Assembly (NCBI GenBank): GCA_964016885.1
Contig: OZ024747.1
Coordinates: forward strand, 83,638,001-83,702,000
From: Eledone cirrhosa
Taxonomy: Eukaryota
Reading direction: 5' to 3'
Length of the DNA: 64,000 nt
This document shows positions 14,693 to 28,244 of the stretch, in pieces. The translations under genes were made by a program, and so were the position numbers. The notes under the pieces were generated by a model that did not search any database, was not told the origin of the DNA, and was given only the letters and a program-made list of their open reading frames with translations. Within the stretch, counting starts at the first letter, position 1. Every line of letters begins with the position of its first letter.

Positions 14693-16971
14693 CAAAATCT
14701 TCTTACATAAAATTATGATGGAAAGTTTAAATATTATTATAAGTATAAACACTTTAAAACAGGCAGTTTAAAAAAAACAACCCCAGGGTGGGTTGGTATC
14801 TGCTTCACCACTATTATTACACACACACACACATGTATATATATTTATATATAATATAATTATCATCTTACACTCGCTTCCCTTGCTGGCATGTGTTTTG
14901 GGTGGATAGTCATAGTCTGGGTCAGTTCTTATTTGGATTTACTACTATCCTACCCCTCTAAACAAGTTGGAGAGGAGTACCAGTAATATAATATTTGATA
15001 ACCACCTATCTCTTAATAATTATTTTCTGGCTCTGACCCACCAGTGAACATTTTCTTCATCCCCATCCCCCAACTGTTTTTTATTCCCACTTGAAGAAAC
15101 TGTCTATCTCTTACCTTTTGATCTGTTGAACTGCCTGGCTTAGCTCCCATATGAAACTTTATACAGTCAGCCATTCCGAGAACCACCTTGTGCTGGGAAT
15201 TTCTTCTATTTTCCCATTGGCTTACATCATGCAATATATATTTTAATCAATCTAGCGCAGATTATTTGAAATATTCGAAATATCATGTCCTTACATTTTC
15301 TTTAGCTTAGTCATAAAGAGCAGACCAAATTGTAAGCCACATGTTTAAGCAATATCTACTGTATATATATAAAACTATCGCATATTAACTGTTGAACATG
15401 GTTTATGCCAGGTTTAACTGCAATTAACCTATATATATATATATATATATATAAAACCGGAGAGAAAATATTTATTATTAGTACAGATTAAAGTTTAAGC
15501 AAAGAATTTCTGTTTTCACTCTATTACGGCATCTTTTGAATATATTATATTTATTAAAATAACAGATTAAAGTTTAAGCAAAGAATCGCTGCTTTGGATT
15601 TTAGTCTTCAAATTTATTATTATTACTATATATATATATAACTGGTTTCAGTCATTAGACTGTTGCCATGCTGCGACATCATTTTAAAAGGATTTAGTCA
15701 ATTGTATTGATCCCAGTACTTATGTTATCAGTCTCTTTTTATCAAACCACTGAGTTACAGGACCCCCTCTCCCCAATACACTCACCCACTTGGGCGACAG
15801 GTTTCTGCAGTTTCTATCTATCAAATTTCACCTGCAATACATATTGAATTCTTTCAGCAATCTAAATCTTTCAATTAAGAGAAATTTCACCATCTGGTTT
15901 TAGTCAAATTCTTTCCTTCTTTTCCTTTTCCTATTCGTCTTTCTTTTATTATTTGTATCTGGAACATTCCTGAAAGATTGTATTCTCTGATTGAAATGAA
16001 ATATATATATATATTATGTATTTCTTCTATTGCTTTTTTCACATTGGTGTCTCCATTCCCTTTTGACTATTTCATGACTGGCTTCTAGTTTACTTTGAAA
16101 AATAAATTGGTGCTCAACCTGACAAATTTTCAAAACCAGCATTCATTTCTTTATTCATTTTGTACCATATGGTGGCAAATTGGCAGAGTTAGAACGTTAG
16201 ATAGAATGCTTTATGGTATTTGTTCTGGCTCTCTGCTCTGTGAATTCAAATGATACCAAGGTCAACTTTGCCTTTCATCTTTTCTAGGTCAATAAAAAAA
16301 AGTATCAGTCTAGTACTGGGGTTGATTCTTCCTCTCTCTGGAAGAAATCTGCTGTACTCAGGACTGGAGAGGGATAGGCTCTATCAGGCTTAAAATGCCC
16401 AAGAAATGCTGAATGTCAATACAGCACTCCTACTACTCTTCAGGGGTTATGAGACCATACATACCATACTATATAACCATATAACTAAATAATAATAATA
16501 ATAATAATTTTATTGGTATAATACAAAACAGTTGTTTACATCGAGTATGAAGGGTTAACATCAACAAAAACAATAGATATAACAATAAGGTTCCAACAAG
16601 GCAGAAAACCCACACAAAGTTCCAGAGTATTTTGTATCACCAAATGTATTCTCTCTTTGTTTCTTTTTCTCCTCAATGTGGTTGCTGCCCTCACTCACCT
16701 TTTGTAAAACACTCTGGAAGAAGGCTGAATCTTCCTCTTCATCCAGTAATGATGATAATATTAATTATAGCCATAAAGAAAAACAACTTCTTCATATTAC
16801 TTAGCATCTGTTTAATCTCTTGTCATACAGCAGGAATGTTATATGCCCACACCAGTAAACAAGGGTATACTTATCTTTAGAAGGTTTCTTTAATTTGTCT
16901 TTATATTTTTTAACATTCACAAGCAAAGCTGATTTTAAAAAGAATTTTATCTTTAGTAGTTTAGCCCACTT

Positions 16972-16973
<2 letters not shown>

Positions 16974-17010
<37 letters not shown>
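16974..17010. repeat. Poly-C tract (~37 nt)
   Basis: Read directly. Confidence 0.95.
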
Positions 17011-17026
<16 letters not shown>

Positions 17027-17564
17027 ATTGGACTGGCCATACTGGGGCACCACATTGAATGGTTTTAGTCAATCATATTGACTGCAGTACTTATTTTTTT
17101 CATGTTCTTTTCAACTGCTAAGTTATGTGACACAGAGAGAGAGAGAGAGAAGAGCTGTTGTTTCCACCTAGCAAATTTCACTCATAAGATACTGGTCAAC
17201 CCAGGTCTATATTAGAAGACACTTAGTCAAGCAGCTTCACATGATTGTGAAGCAGACACTTTAACCACACAACCATGTCCATATTTGTTTCTTTAATTTT
17301 GTTTGTGTTTAATTTAACACTCATAAACAACAGTGGGTTTTAAAAGAATTTTATCTACATTTAGTTTAACTCACTTGTTTTTCTTTTCTCCCACCCCCTC
17401 CATTTTTGTATGTTGGGCTGACCAAAAGAAAATGCAAATATGTTTCTTTTTTAACTGTTAACATTTTGTAATATCTTAGTAGAACATATTTAAAAACTGG
17501 CTTGTTAATTCAAATTGTTATAGTATCTACTACTGAACAGATTATTGAAAATTTGTAGTATCAA

Positions 17565-17763
17565 CCCATTAGCATTCACTCTATATATACTATAGTATTT
17601 TCACAGTAAAGGTTTTATTTCACATAATATCGAATATATGAGATTTTGAGGTTATTTTGAGAACAATACCTTGACATCAGTATGAGTGGCTGGTTACAGC
17701 TAGTTTGAACAGAAAGAGGTGAGAGAATTCTGGCCGGATATGGCCAGCTTAAGTGTTAAAGGG
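17565..17763 (+). mobile_element. piggyBac-type MITE family B copy
   Basis: CCCATTAGCATT...AAGTGTTAAAGGG-TTAA termini; internal match to 36935-37155. Confidence 0.8.
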
Positions 17764-18236
17764 TTAAAGTAACAACTTCAATTCCCATTGCTTTGTACTT
17801 TTTAAGTAAGTCTCTTCTACTGTTGTTTCATGTAGTGTTAATATAATGGAGTAAGTCAAACTCCTCTAGTTACAGCAGAATAGGTCAAACTCCTTAACGG
17901 AATTTCTATTTACAGACACTTTACTTACAGTCCTAAACATTTCCTGAAAATGTAATTGAAAAATATTTTTTGAAATATTTTTGGCACATACCCCTCCTTC
18001 TCCCCCCCCCCTCTCTCAAGTATATATATATATATACACAGATATTCATTATCATCTTCAATTTCTGTTTGTTTCCCCATGCTAGCATGACACACACATA
18101 TATATATATATATATTTATTAAAATAACAGATTAAAGTTTAAGCAAAGAATCGCTGCTCTACGGTTCTTATATATTTGATATATATTTATCCTTATCGAG
18201 CCCTCTTTGGATTTTAGTCTTCAAATTTATTATTAT

Positions 18237-18274
<38 letters not shown>

Positions 18275-18396
18275 CAAATTTAAATAAGTTTAAATATTTG
18301 GAAACCCAACAATGCGTCCAAGGTAATAGGAGTTATAGAGAATAAAAGACTGAGAAAAGAGTGAGGACGATAGGATTTTACCGTAGCAATTTTATT

Positions 18397-18444
18397 GATC
18401 TCAAATATTTTCAGATTTAAAAATCCGTTCTCAAGAGAGGATCA
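18397..18444 (-). ncRNA. Candidate minimal hammerhead ribozyme, U3-A8 core variant (Penelope-type)
   Basis: Minus strand: TCTC-TTGAGAA-C-GGATTT-TT-AAATCT-GAA-AATATT-T-GAGA, followed by AATAAA. Confidence 0.45.
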
Positions 18445-18561
18445 GTGTATCGGAATTTAAAGAGTAATCGGAGAAGAGTTGTTGTTTGGCAGATTTAATT
18501 TAAATGTATGAAAAAGACATTTAAAGTTTTGAGCGTGTGCATAGTGAAATACTTTTGAGAA

Positions 18562-18890
18562 TCATCGTCATCATCATTTTATGTCCGCTTTTCCCTGCTT
18601 GCGAGGGTGGGACGGGTCCTATTCAGCACAGCATCTTTCCACTTGTCACAGTCCTTTGTCATCTCCTCCGTGAGCTTCAGTGATCTGAGGTCTGCTCTCA
18701 CCACCTCTGCCCATGTTTTTCGTGGTTTTCCTCTACTGTGTCTTCCTTCTATTGGGATTTCTTGGCACTTCTTTACCCAATGGTCATCCTCCATGCGCAT
18801 CACATGTCCATACCATCTCAGTCTTCTCTCCCATGCACCACAACTTATCCTTCTTATACACAGTTTCTCTCTCAACTCATCTATGCTTTT
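18562..18890 (-). mobile_element. RTE LINE 3' fragment, second subfamily (related decayed copy 62660-62970 on +)
   Basis: ORF 18579-18875 RRLRWYGHVMRMEDDHWVKKC...GKPRKTWAEVV; ends in GGACATAAAA(TGA)n; the 5' end abuts (TA)n. Confidence 0.9.
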
Positions 18891-19428
18891 ATATGTATAT
18901 ATATATATATATATATAATCATCATTATTATTCTTTTATCAGTTTTTCCCATGCCCTCATAGGTTAGCCGAGTCCATTCCAGTATAGCATCCTCATAAGT
19001 TAGACAAGTCCACTTCAGTATAGCATCTCTCCAATTGTTTCTTTGTGATCTTCTTTCTCCTTTGTGAGGTATAGTTTCTTGAGATCAACTTTCACCAGCT
19101 CTGCCCACGACCTCCTTGGCTTTCTTCTTTTGTGACTTCTATCCACTTGAAACTTCTGGCATTCATACACATACATATGTATGATTGCATGAGGAGAGGG
19201 AGATAGAGAGAGTTTGGATAAAATAAATAAACAAATGATGTTTTTAAATAGAGAAATTCCAATCTTTTTAACAATATAATGCAGTTATAAAGTTGGAGGA
19301 TGTTCCAAATATGAAAATAACCTGAAAATAACTGCTGTTATGTTTTTTATGGTTGGTCTGCATTTTAATAAATCTTTGTTCTTTTCCCAAAATACAAATA
19401 TCAACCACACTTTTAAATTTAGTTAATA

Positions 19429-19472
<44 letters not shown>

Positions 19473-19748
19473 AGGGCGGTGCCCCAGCATGGCCTCAGCC
19501 GGATGGCTGAAACAGGTAAAAGAGTAAAAGAGTATATATGTATATATATGTTTGTGTATGAGTGTATGCAGGTATGTGCATAATGAGATACATGTACATA
19601 ATGAGATATATGTACAAACACACACACACATCTATATACAGGGTGTAGACAAAAATGTCTGAATGAGGGGTGCTCTGTATGAAGTGAATACAGATAGTCT
19701 TTCACATTCTGAATATGGCTAGTGGGATTATATATATATATATATATA

Positions 19749-20010
19749 GGTGGTCATGGAGGTGCCACGGCAAAAAAGCACCCAGCCCACACTGTAAAGT
19801 GGACGTGTAGGCGCCACGAAAAAGCACCCAGCACTCACTGTAAATGAGGTTGGTGTTAGGAAGGGCATCCAGCTGTAAAAATCAAGCCAAATCAGTTCCT
19901 GTATGAGCAAGGCATGGTCAGCCGACCAGACACTTCCCACAACAGGACAACCCGTCTAACCCATGCTAGTGTGGAAGAACGGACATAAAACAGTGATGAT
20001 GATGATGATG
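19749..20010 (+). mobile_element. Short RTE 3'UTR-only copy
   Basis: Near-identical to 59021-59281; starts at GGTGGTC right after (TA)n; (GAT)n tail. Confidence 0.92.
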
Positions 20011-21967
20011 AATATGTGTGTATGTGTGTATATATAATTCAAATTTGGAAGAAACCTCCTATGAGATACAATCTCATACGCTGGTGAAACTTATGCAGGT
20101 GTGAGCTGTAACAACAATATCTACAATAATTTTTTTAAATTTTATTGCAACTGTTGAAGAGGTTTACTTGTTTTCTGCACTACATCCTCAATCATAGATG
20201 AAGAGATAATTAGTTATGGCTATCTAGATGATAGCTATGTGTTATTTGGGGTTCTGCAGAACATTAAACGTGTCTTTTAATGTTCTATCTTCAAATATTA
20301 TAAAATACTTCTTCCTATAACACTCAACAAGCAATTTTAGTCCATTTCTCCTGCTAAAACAGGAGTTAACTTTCTAAGCCTCACTGTAGATTTCATTGAT
20401 GGTGGGTTTCTTTTTAAAGGTATGTTTTATAGCTGGATGCTCTTACTGATTCCAACTGTTTAGTTGTCACTTCTGACACACACAAGTATTGTGTGCCTGT
20501 TCTAAACTGGATACAAACAGACAATAATACACTTGTAATGTAGGCACAAGACCCTGCAATTTGTAAGGAGAGGAAAATTGTTTAAATTGACCCCAGTACT
20601 TGACTGGTACTTTATTTTATCAACCCTTGAAAGATGAAAGGTGAAGTTGACCTTGGCAGGATTTGAAGCATTCTTTGTAATATGTGTGCAATGTAGTGCT
20701 AGTTTCTGTATGTTGTATATATTTGTAAGTTCTAGGGTTTGGTTATGTATCTGTGTATGTTTTTATTTATCATTCCCTGAGTACCTATTATTACAGGGAT
20801 TGTTTGTTTTTATTGGCCACATTTGAGTGATTTCTGTCTCTAGATTTTTATATTTTGATAATTTCAATTCCCTGATAGATATATTGTCATCTGTAGGGTT
20901 TGGTATGTCAGTTAGAAGGCATTTGTGGTCTTTGACTGTAATAACTGGTCAGTTGGTTTTAATCTCTTTGTGTGTACTGGCATATTCCAGAGTATGGTTG
21001 CTTTGTTATTCTCTGACACCTTTCCTTGTGTATGTCTATACCACCTTTTTTTCTGAGGGTATTTCAGTGTTGCTGTAATTTTAAGTGTATGTAAATCCTA
21101 ATTCTATCATCATCATTATTTTGTTTGTTCCCAAATTCTTGCTTCTCAGTTTGACATTGAACTAGTGCTAATAACCTACTTCCTTGACACCCACATACAC
21201 CACACGCGTGCACACACCCCACTCAGACACACACACTTATTTTTCTGTTGTCCATATGTTTCCACTTGATGTTGTTGTAGGTAATGTTTTATCAGAACTT
21301 TCAATAGGGATCCTGGTTAATTAGAATTAAATGAGTTGTCTGTATGAGGGTGAGAGAGACTTAAAGATAGTATGTTTACATGTGTGTGTGTAAAGTGTTT
21401 GGCCCTCCTTATTAATTCTATTTGAAATCTATATAATTAACATCCTTTTCATAATTTCATAACATTTCATAATTTATATATGGCAGAGTATACTGGTGGA
21501 AATTTGTAAAAGAATAAAGAGGCTAGTGCAAAGTTAGTATTGTTATTAGATTTAGGACTTGGGCAGTTGGCTGTCAAAATCAGTTGAGCATCAGGCAATA
21601 TGTCTCATTGCATACAATCCCTATCAAGTATATTTCATCATGGCACCAACACTAGGGAAGTTGTCATAGCTGAAGAGTCTTCCCAACTCTTTGTTTGGCA
21701 GGTTTTCTACAGCTGGATGCCCTTCCTATAACCAACCACATGCACTGAGTTTACTAGGTGCATGTTTCCCAAAAGAAGTAACACCAATTATGATTTCACA
21801 ATCACATTATGACAGTAAGTTTGTTCAGGCTATATTATTAGCCCTTTCACCCATCACCTATCATATCTGCATACACCCAACTCACATTGTTTCAATATTT
21901 CATCTCAGCTTTTTGTATATCTATATTCTTTCCATTATTTTGAAATAGAGATGAGAGATGGGACAAG

Positions 21968-22016
<49 letters not shown>

Positions 22017-24446
22017 GTCTCTGTTTTTCACCACTAAACAATTAGCTATCATTACTTAAGAGGACAATGTGTCAGCCAGTCTGGGAACAGAACCCACGTA
22101 AATCGTGAGCCCAACACTCTAATACCTAGACCACACTCTGGGCGTGTGTAATAAAGTCGATAATAATGTTGTTACTTTTAAAATTGGCAGAATTTTGAAT
22201 GAGGTTTTATGCCATTCAGTAGACCTAATTGTTTCAATACTGGCAATAGATGTAGACAAGGCTATGTAGTTAAGGTTTTCACTTTGTAACCAGGTGGTTT
22301 CAGGTTCACTCCTACTGCATGTTATCTTAGGCTAGTGTCTTCCACTATTGCCTTAGCTATACTAATGCTGTTTGAGTAAAATTTGGTAGACAGAAGCTGT
22401 AGAAGCTTGTTGTGTGTGTGTGTTCCATAGAAAAGACAGATCAATAAAATAAATACCTGACTCGACAAAAATAAGTACTGGGATCGATCTGATCAATTAA
22501 TCCTTTCAAAGCAGTGCCCCAGCATGGCCCCATTCTAACTGAAATCTGCAAAAGAAACAAAACAATGTTATTTTGCAATGTTATTGTTTTATCTTGATTT
22601 TTCTTCTCCTTTTGTCCCAAATTGTTTGATTTTGTCTTTCCTTTTTTCTTTCTCTCTTTCCTCCCTTCCTCTCTTCCTTCTTGTCAGTTCTGTGAAAGTG
22701 GTGTCTTTTACTGAAGCAATTATTAGTTATATTGTAATCTGAGATATCTAAGACATCTGTTCAATTTTCTCTCCTTTTTACCCAGCTTTTAAGAAAGGAA
22801 GTTAATTAACTTTTTCTCTGTTTGTTTGTCTTTCTATAAGTCCCTTTATCCTTTGATCTATCTTCTCGTTTATTCGTTCTGTCCCTTTTACAGGTAGATA
22901 TGGACACTTTAAAACCAGTGGCAGGGTTTAGGTGTATTTGTCTCAAATTTGTTTACATGCTTTATTCTATTTAACCCTCTTATTACCATATTTCTAATGA
23001 AATGCATACTGCTTCGTTATTATCAAATAACTTTTTAATTAATCAAGGATTTGGGGAGAATTAATGATATAACTAACTTTCTCATTAATAAGATGACATT
23101 TGGAATATTACTTAATAATGGTTCTTTCATAAAATTATTAAGTTTTTAAATAAATAGAATCCCTTTTAAACAACTTTTTTGTAGCATTAACCTGAGGCAG
23201 TTTTGGGTGGTTTTGTAACAAAACGATGAAACTGTGGCTACTAGAATTGTCTGGCTTAACATAAAAGACAACCTCAGCAAAGTTTGATCTAATAACAGCT
23301 GTCTAGTACTTTCTCTGTGTTATGTTACTTTACTTCTACAAACAACATTGTTTTGAAGTAAACATTTTATTGTGACTGTAGTGTGCCAGGATAACATGCA
23401 CTCAGTACACTCTTGGTATTAGGAAAGGTATCCAGCTGTAGAAACCATGCCTATATGAGCAAGACATAGACCCCTGACCTGTCTAATCTTAAACAACCCA
23501 TCTAACCAATGCCAGCATGGGAAACAGCATAAAACAACGATGATACCAATGATAATGATGTTTATGTTCTGCACCTGTTAACACTGTTCTAGAAACTAAC
23601 TTTTAAAGTAACATCAGTGATATATGTGTATGTTCTTTAAAAACATGGTTCATTTCATAGAAATTAATAATGGAGTCTTTGGTTTCTTTTATTTGTAAGG
23701 AAATTGGCATTATTAGTTCAGAGGTGTGAGAAAGATAGAGAGGTAGAGAGAAGTCAGTGTTAATTTACTAAATCTCCTTTTCTTGTCTGTACAATAGTAA
23801 ATGGTTAAGTATGGGAGTGGTACCTGTTCTTTTCTTGGAAGGTATTAATAATAAATGCACCTAAACCTCCATCTCTCTAAAACAACAAAAATAAATAAAC
23901 GCAAGCAAAAATATAAATAAATATGAGAGCTGTTTAATTTCTAAACGAAAATAATAATTGTTTATTTACCATTAAATATTATTGAGGTTGTTAATAATAG
24001 TAATAATAATAAGCTGTAGCATTTTGCTTTGTTTAATGAATCTGCTAAGTGACTGTTTAGTCTTTCTTCTGTATTTTTAGACATATTTTATATATTTTTT
24101 TCATATGCTAATTCATTTTCAATTAATTTTTTTTATAGAAAAGATTTGTAATAAAACATTAGAATATATCTTGATCTGGTTACTGTAATAAAACGTAATA
24201 AGTACATTTATCTATGGAATACTCAAATACTTCTTTGTACATTAATTTCATGAGCAGTCTGTACCAGTGATTAAACCAATAAAACACATCAATTGTACAT
24301 ATCTGTATGGTTAAGAAATTTACTTCACAACAACGTGATTCTGGATGTAGTCCTTAGTGTAATACCTTAGGCAAGTGTCTTCTAAAACATCTTCAGTTTG
24401 GATCAATCTTCTGAAATAGAACCTATATGTATCTCTGTCTGTTGTC

Positions 24447-24464
24447 TGTGTGTGTGTGTGTGTC

Positions 24465-24530
<66 letters not shown>
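24447..24530. repeat. (GT)n microsatellite
   Basis: Read directly. Confidence 0.95.
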
Positions 24531-24534
<4 letters not shown>

Positions 24535-26874
24535 CAATGTGATTGCATCTTGCATTGAAGCACAGCAGTTGCCTTGGGGCGAAGGGTCTTTGTACAGTCA
24601 TGTTGATGTATTTCTTTGTCATCTTGAGAGCTCATGATGAGGAGGCCTGCATTTGTAAAACCTTTTCATTAACCATATTTCTAATGATTTTAAAAAAACT
24701 CCTAAATTTTCCATTGGGTTTTATATAAAATTATGCTGGAAAGATTTTAGATAAATATAGATACTTAAAGATAAACAGTTTCGCAGTTTCAGGTGTTTGG
24801 ATATTGAAAGGGTTAAAGAGGAAGCGTTACATATAATACATCTTGCATGCAATTTAAGAGTGTGTGTTGATATTATTACTATTGCTTCTTGTTAATCACA
24901 TAAGTTATTTAAACCACACATTACCATTATTTTATGTCCATTTTTTTTTTTCATGTATTGGATTGGATTGGATAGGTCTTCTCCAGTATTTTGACACTTG
25001 CTGTCTTTCCCTGTTACCCCTTCATGAGGTTTCAACATCTCAGCGTCCTGAGAACAGCCTTCACTACTTCTTCCTTGGCCTTTTCCTCTTCCACATTCTC
25101 TTGCGTTTTTATTTTATTTTTTTTAAAATTTTGTTTTGATTTGTTTTGTTTTATTTATATATTTATCTGTTATTATATTATGATAGCAGTATAGATAGAC
25201 AATTAAGCATGAAAATCCTTTCATCATATATCACTTTGTTGCACTGGGAAGTAGAGTATCATTGGAGTAGGTTATAGATGTGAGAGATGGAATATTTTGA
25301 TAGCTAATGATCTATTTGTAAGTTAATGATACTATTAAGGTAGAGACTATAGTGAGATTTACATAAGTGAATAATAACAGTTGCATATATGTTTTAAATT
25401 ACCTATGTAACTGCAGCACCATGTGGGTCTAGAGAGAGAGAGGCACACTTATGATTGGTCGTTACTACACAGACACACAAACAGATGCTTATTCACACAT
25501 GATTGGTGATAATACACACACATTTGCACACACTACAGACAATACACACACATTTGCACACACTACAGACAATACACACACATTTGCACACACTACAGAT
25601 GGGCACTTTCTTCCCCTCTCTCTCACACACACACTTATGCAAATATATATATATATAGTGTGTGTATGTATATAGATGTGTGTGTGTGTATGCATATATG
25701 GATGTGTGTGTGCGCATGAATAAAAGAGAGGGATTATTTATAATTTTGGTAAGATAGATAGCATTTACAGTTTTTTGTGTGAGTCCCATCAAGAATGAAA
25801 GTGACATTGTTTGCAGATTTTAGGGGATTAAACTATCAGTTACTACTGTGTAGAATTAAGTCTATTTAATATAAATCACTGTAATTAATTTTTTTGTGGA
25901 AGAAATTAGTAGTGGCACTAGTAAGTTTGGTACCTTGTGGTTTTCAAAATGGTTAAAGTATCTGAAAAAACTTGCTATGGTAATGATTCCTTTTAATTTT
26001 TGTTTTGTTTTTTTAAAGAAATAATATAGTCATTTTTTTTTTTACCATTTGACTAAATGTTACTCTAAATGGACTCTTTTATGGTCTCCAAGATTGTTTG
26101 GAGATAGGAGGGTTTTTTCAATGAAGACTGGGTATGATTGCTTGCAACAATGTGGACTTTGTGATGGTTTTAAACATGACATCAGATTAAGTCTGTCACA
26201 GAATTTGAATTATCCTCTGTATATTACCCATACATTTTGTTTTGATTAATTAGCCACAGGAAGAGGGGCATTATTTATGATGTTTGTTGGTCCTTCCTGA
26301 CTGAAAAGTCTCGTTCTGAGTAAGAATGGAATAGAGTGGAATTTGTTTTTTACCAACCTTCAGTGGATTCAGAAGTACAAGGATTGGAACTCAAAATGTA
26401 TTCCATGAAATTAAATATTATAAATTAACATAACCGAACATGCTATAATTTGTGAATTTTTGGCAAGCTGTTGTCCATTTTGTCAGTGTTACTTAAATTA
26501 CTATCTCTAATATACTTGGAGTCTACAAATGGTTGTGTATAGATTCATATATTTGTTGTTATATAATCCTTGTGTCCACACATGGTGATTTGCTTCAACT
26601 TCTTTTTTTCTCCCAATTTCTTTATTTTTCCATTCTTTTCTCACTGTTCAAAGAACAACATAGTCTGAAATAATATAACACATACGCATGCAAAACTTTG
26701 TGACCAGAATTGACTTTTGAAAAACATGAATTCTGCTTGATAAAATTGTAGCTTCCATGTAAAATCATGGTTGTGTTTTTTGGCTATCGTAAGGTAAGGT
26801 TTCATTCTTTAATTTGTTATCTTTCTGAATCAATCCTTACTTATGTAATTTCTCTTATTTTTGTGTTCTTTCAG

Positions 26875-27144
26875 AATCTAGCAGCTCGTCAAACTGGACT
26901 CCCCTCTATGGGGGAGCACGGTTAGACCAGGATACCATCCAGTACTTCCATAAATTCTACTGTAAAGATTGCCGTATGGAGAAACAAGCTGCTGAGCGAG
27001 CCAAAGCATCGTCAGTAGTGGGAGGGGACAATGCACTTGCTGGCTCATCACCAACAGCAGGATACATCGGTCAACAACCATCGAGTCCACAGAATTCTCT
27101 GGACGAACTCTCCCTACAACAAGCCATGGATAAAAATAAAGAAT
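26875..27144 (+). CDS. MRTF: MRTF/myocardin-family exon, N-terminal region before RPEL1 (270 nt, phase 1-1)
   Basis: Pyrimidine tract plus tttcag acceptor (AG 26873-74) and GTAAGT donor at 27145. The frame is open across the whole exon (xSSSSNWTPLYGGARLDQ...CRMEKQAAE...SPQNSLDELSLQQAMDKNKE), with an ATG at 26976. The terminal T joins CA of the 49183 exon to give AMDKNKE-SLK, which resembles invertebrate MRTFs as I recall them. Confidence 0.88.
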
Positions 27145-28053
27145 GTAAGTACTTCATATGGAGGAAACACTCATTCTTTTAGGAATTGTACTTGCCTGGC
27201 AAGTAACTTGATCTGAGATCAAGGGTTGAAACTAAAGTAACTACATCCTAGAAGAGTCATTTTAGCCATTCATAAATCTAACACAAAACCTATTAATCTT
27301 GCTTTACATTTATCATATATTCCTTGGTGTCAATGTTTTTGACCCACTCTCAGCCATCCTTATGGCATTACTACAGCACTTCTGACCCCAGAAATTTGCA
27401 TGTTTGAATCACATCAATGACATTATTATTATTATTATTAAGATTAGGTAGATTGGCAAAATTGGTAGAGTGTTGGATAAAATGTCACTACGACATTTGT
27501 TTTGGCTCTTTATATTCTGAGTTAAAATCCTGCTGAGGTTATTTTTGCCCTTTATCCTTCTGGAGTCGATGAAATACCAGTTGTGTACTGCGATTAATCT
27601 CATCAACTTTACCCTTTTCCCAAATTTGTCGGTGTTGTACCTAAATTAGAAATCAATATTTTTGTCTCACTCTTTGCAACCTGGTCACTGGTACAATGAA
27701 ATTGCAGTGGAGTTGTATCAGTGACCAGGTTACAAACTATGTGATGAAAATTTTGACATCAGGAAATAAATTATCATTGAAAAGTGAAGATAACAGTTTT
27801 TTGTGTATTTTTGAATTGCTAAAATGATTCTTCTATAATGTAATTGCAATACTTAGTTAAAAAAAATTACTGGCTTCAGTCAGTAAACTGTGGCCATGCT
27901 GGGGCACCACCTTCTTTTATTCTATTTATTTTTGCAAGAGAAGTGAGGGTTTATCATTGTTTCTTCTTTTAGCTCTTTCAATTTCAGAGCCCTTATCAAT
28001 ATAGTCACTATTGGAAAATATGAACTGGAAGGAGTTTACTTTCATTATTAGAA

Positions 28054-28244
28054 GGAGGTGGATTGGCAGTATCGGTAGAGGGTCGGACGCCATGCTTTGA
28101 CGCATAGAGTTACGGTCCTTGCCATTCTGAGTTCAAATCCCGCCGAGGTTAACTTTGCCTTTCATCCTTACGGGGTCGATAAAATAAAGTACCAGTAATG
28201 CACTGGGTAATTGCTGGCCTTGTGCCAAAAGTAGAAACAATTAT
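28054..28244 (+). mobile_element. Young tRNA-derived SINE (many older copies, e.g. ~16171, ~27447, ~33345, ~63324 on +; ~8270, ~13290, ~20535, ~29270, ~30440 on -)
   Basis: A box TGGCAGTATCGG, B box GAGTTCAAATCC, central GCCTTTCATCCTTACGGGGTCGATAAAATAAAGTACCAG, tail GGCCTTGTGCCAAAAGTAGAAAC(AAT)n; CpGs retained. Confidence 0.9.

Noticed and set aside
16974-17010. Poly-C/G as a functional G-quadruplex
   Set aside because: A homopolymer next to a CA repeat at a SINE edge; its length is unreliable and nothing supports a function.
20050-20110. Possible further hammerheads (CTATGA...GAAAC; also CTGAAAGA...GAAA near 15970)
   Set aside because: Core and stems are too degenerate to support.
27145-27182. 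C-terminal CKYFIWRKHSFF of ORF 26976-27182, and the N-terminus of ORF 55311-55517
   Set aside because: Intronic read-through beyond the splice sites.
28054-28145. tRNA gene
   Set aside because: A and B boxes are present but there is no cloverleaf, and the sequence continues into a multi-copy SINE body and tail.
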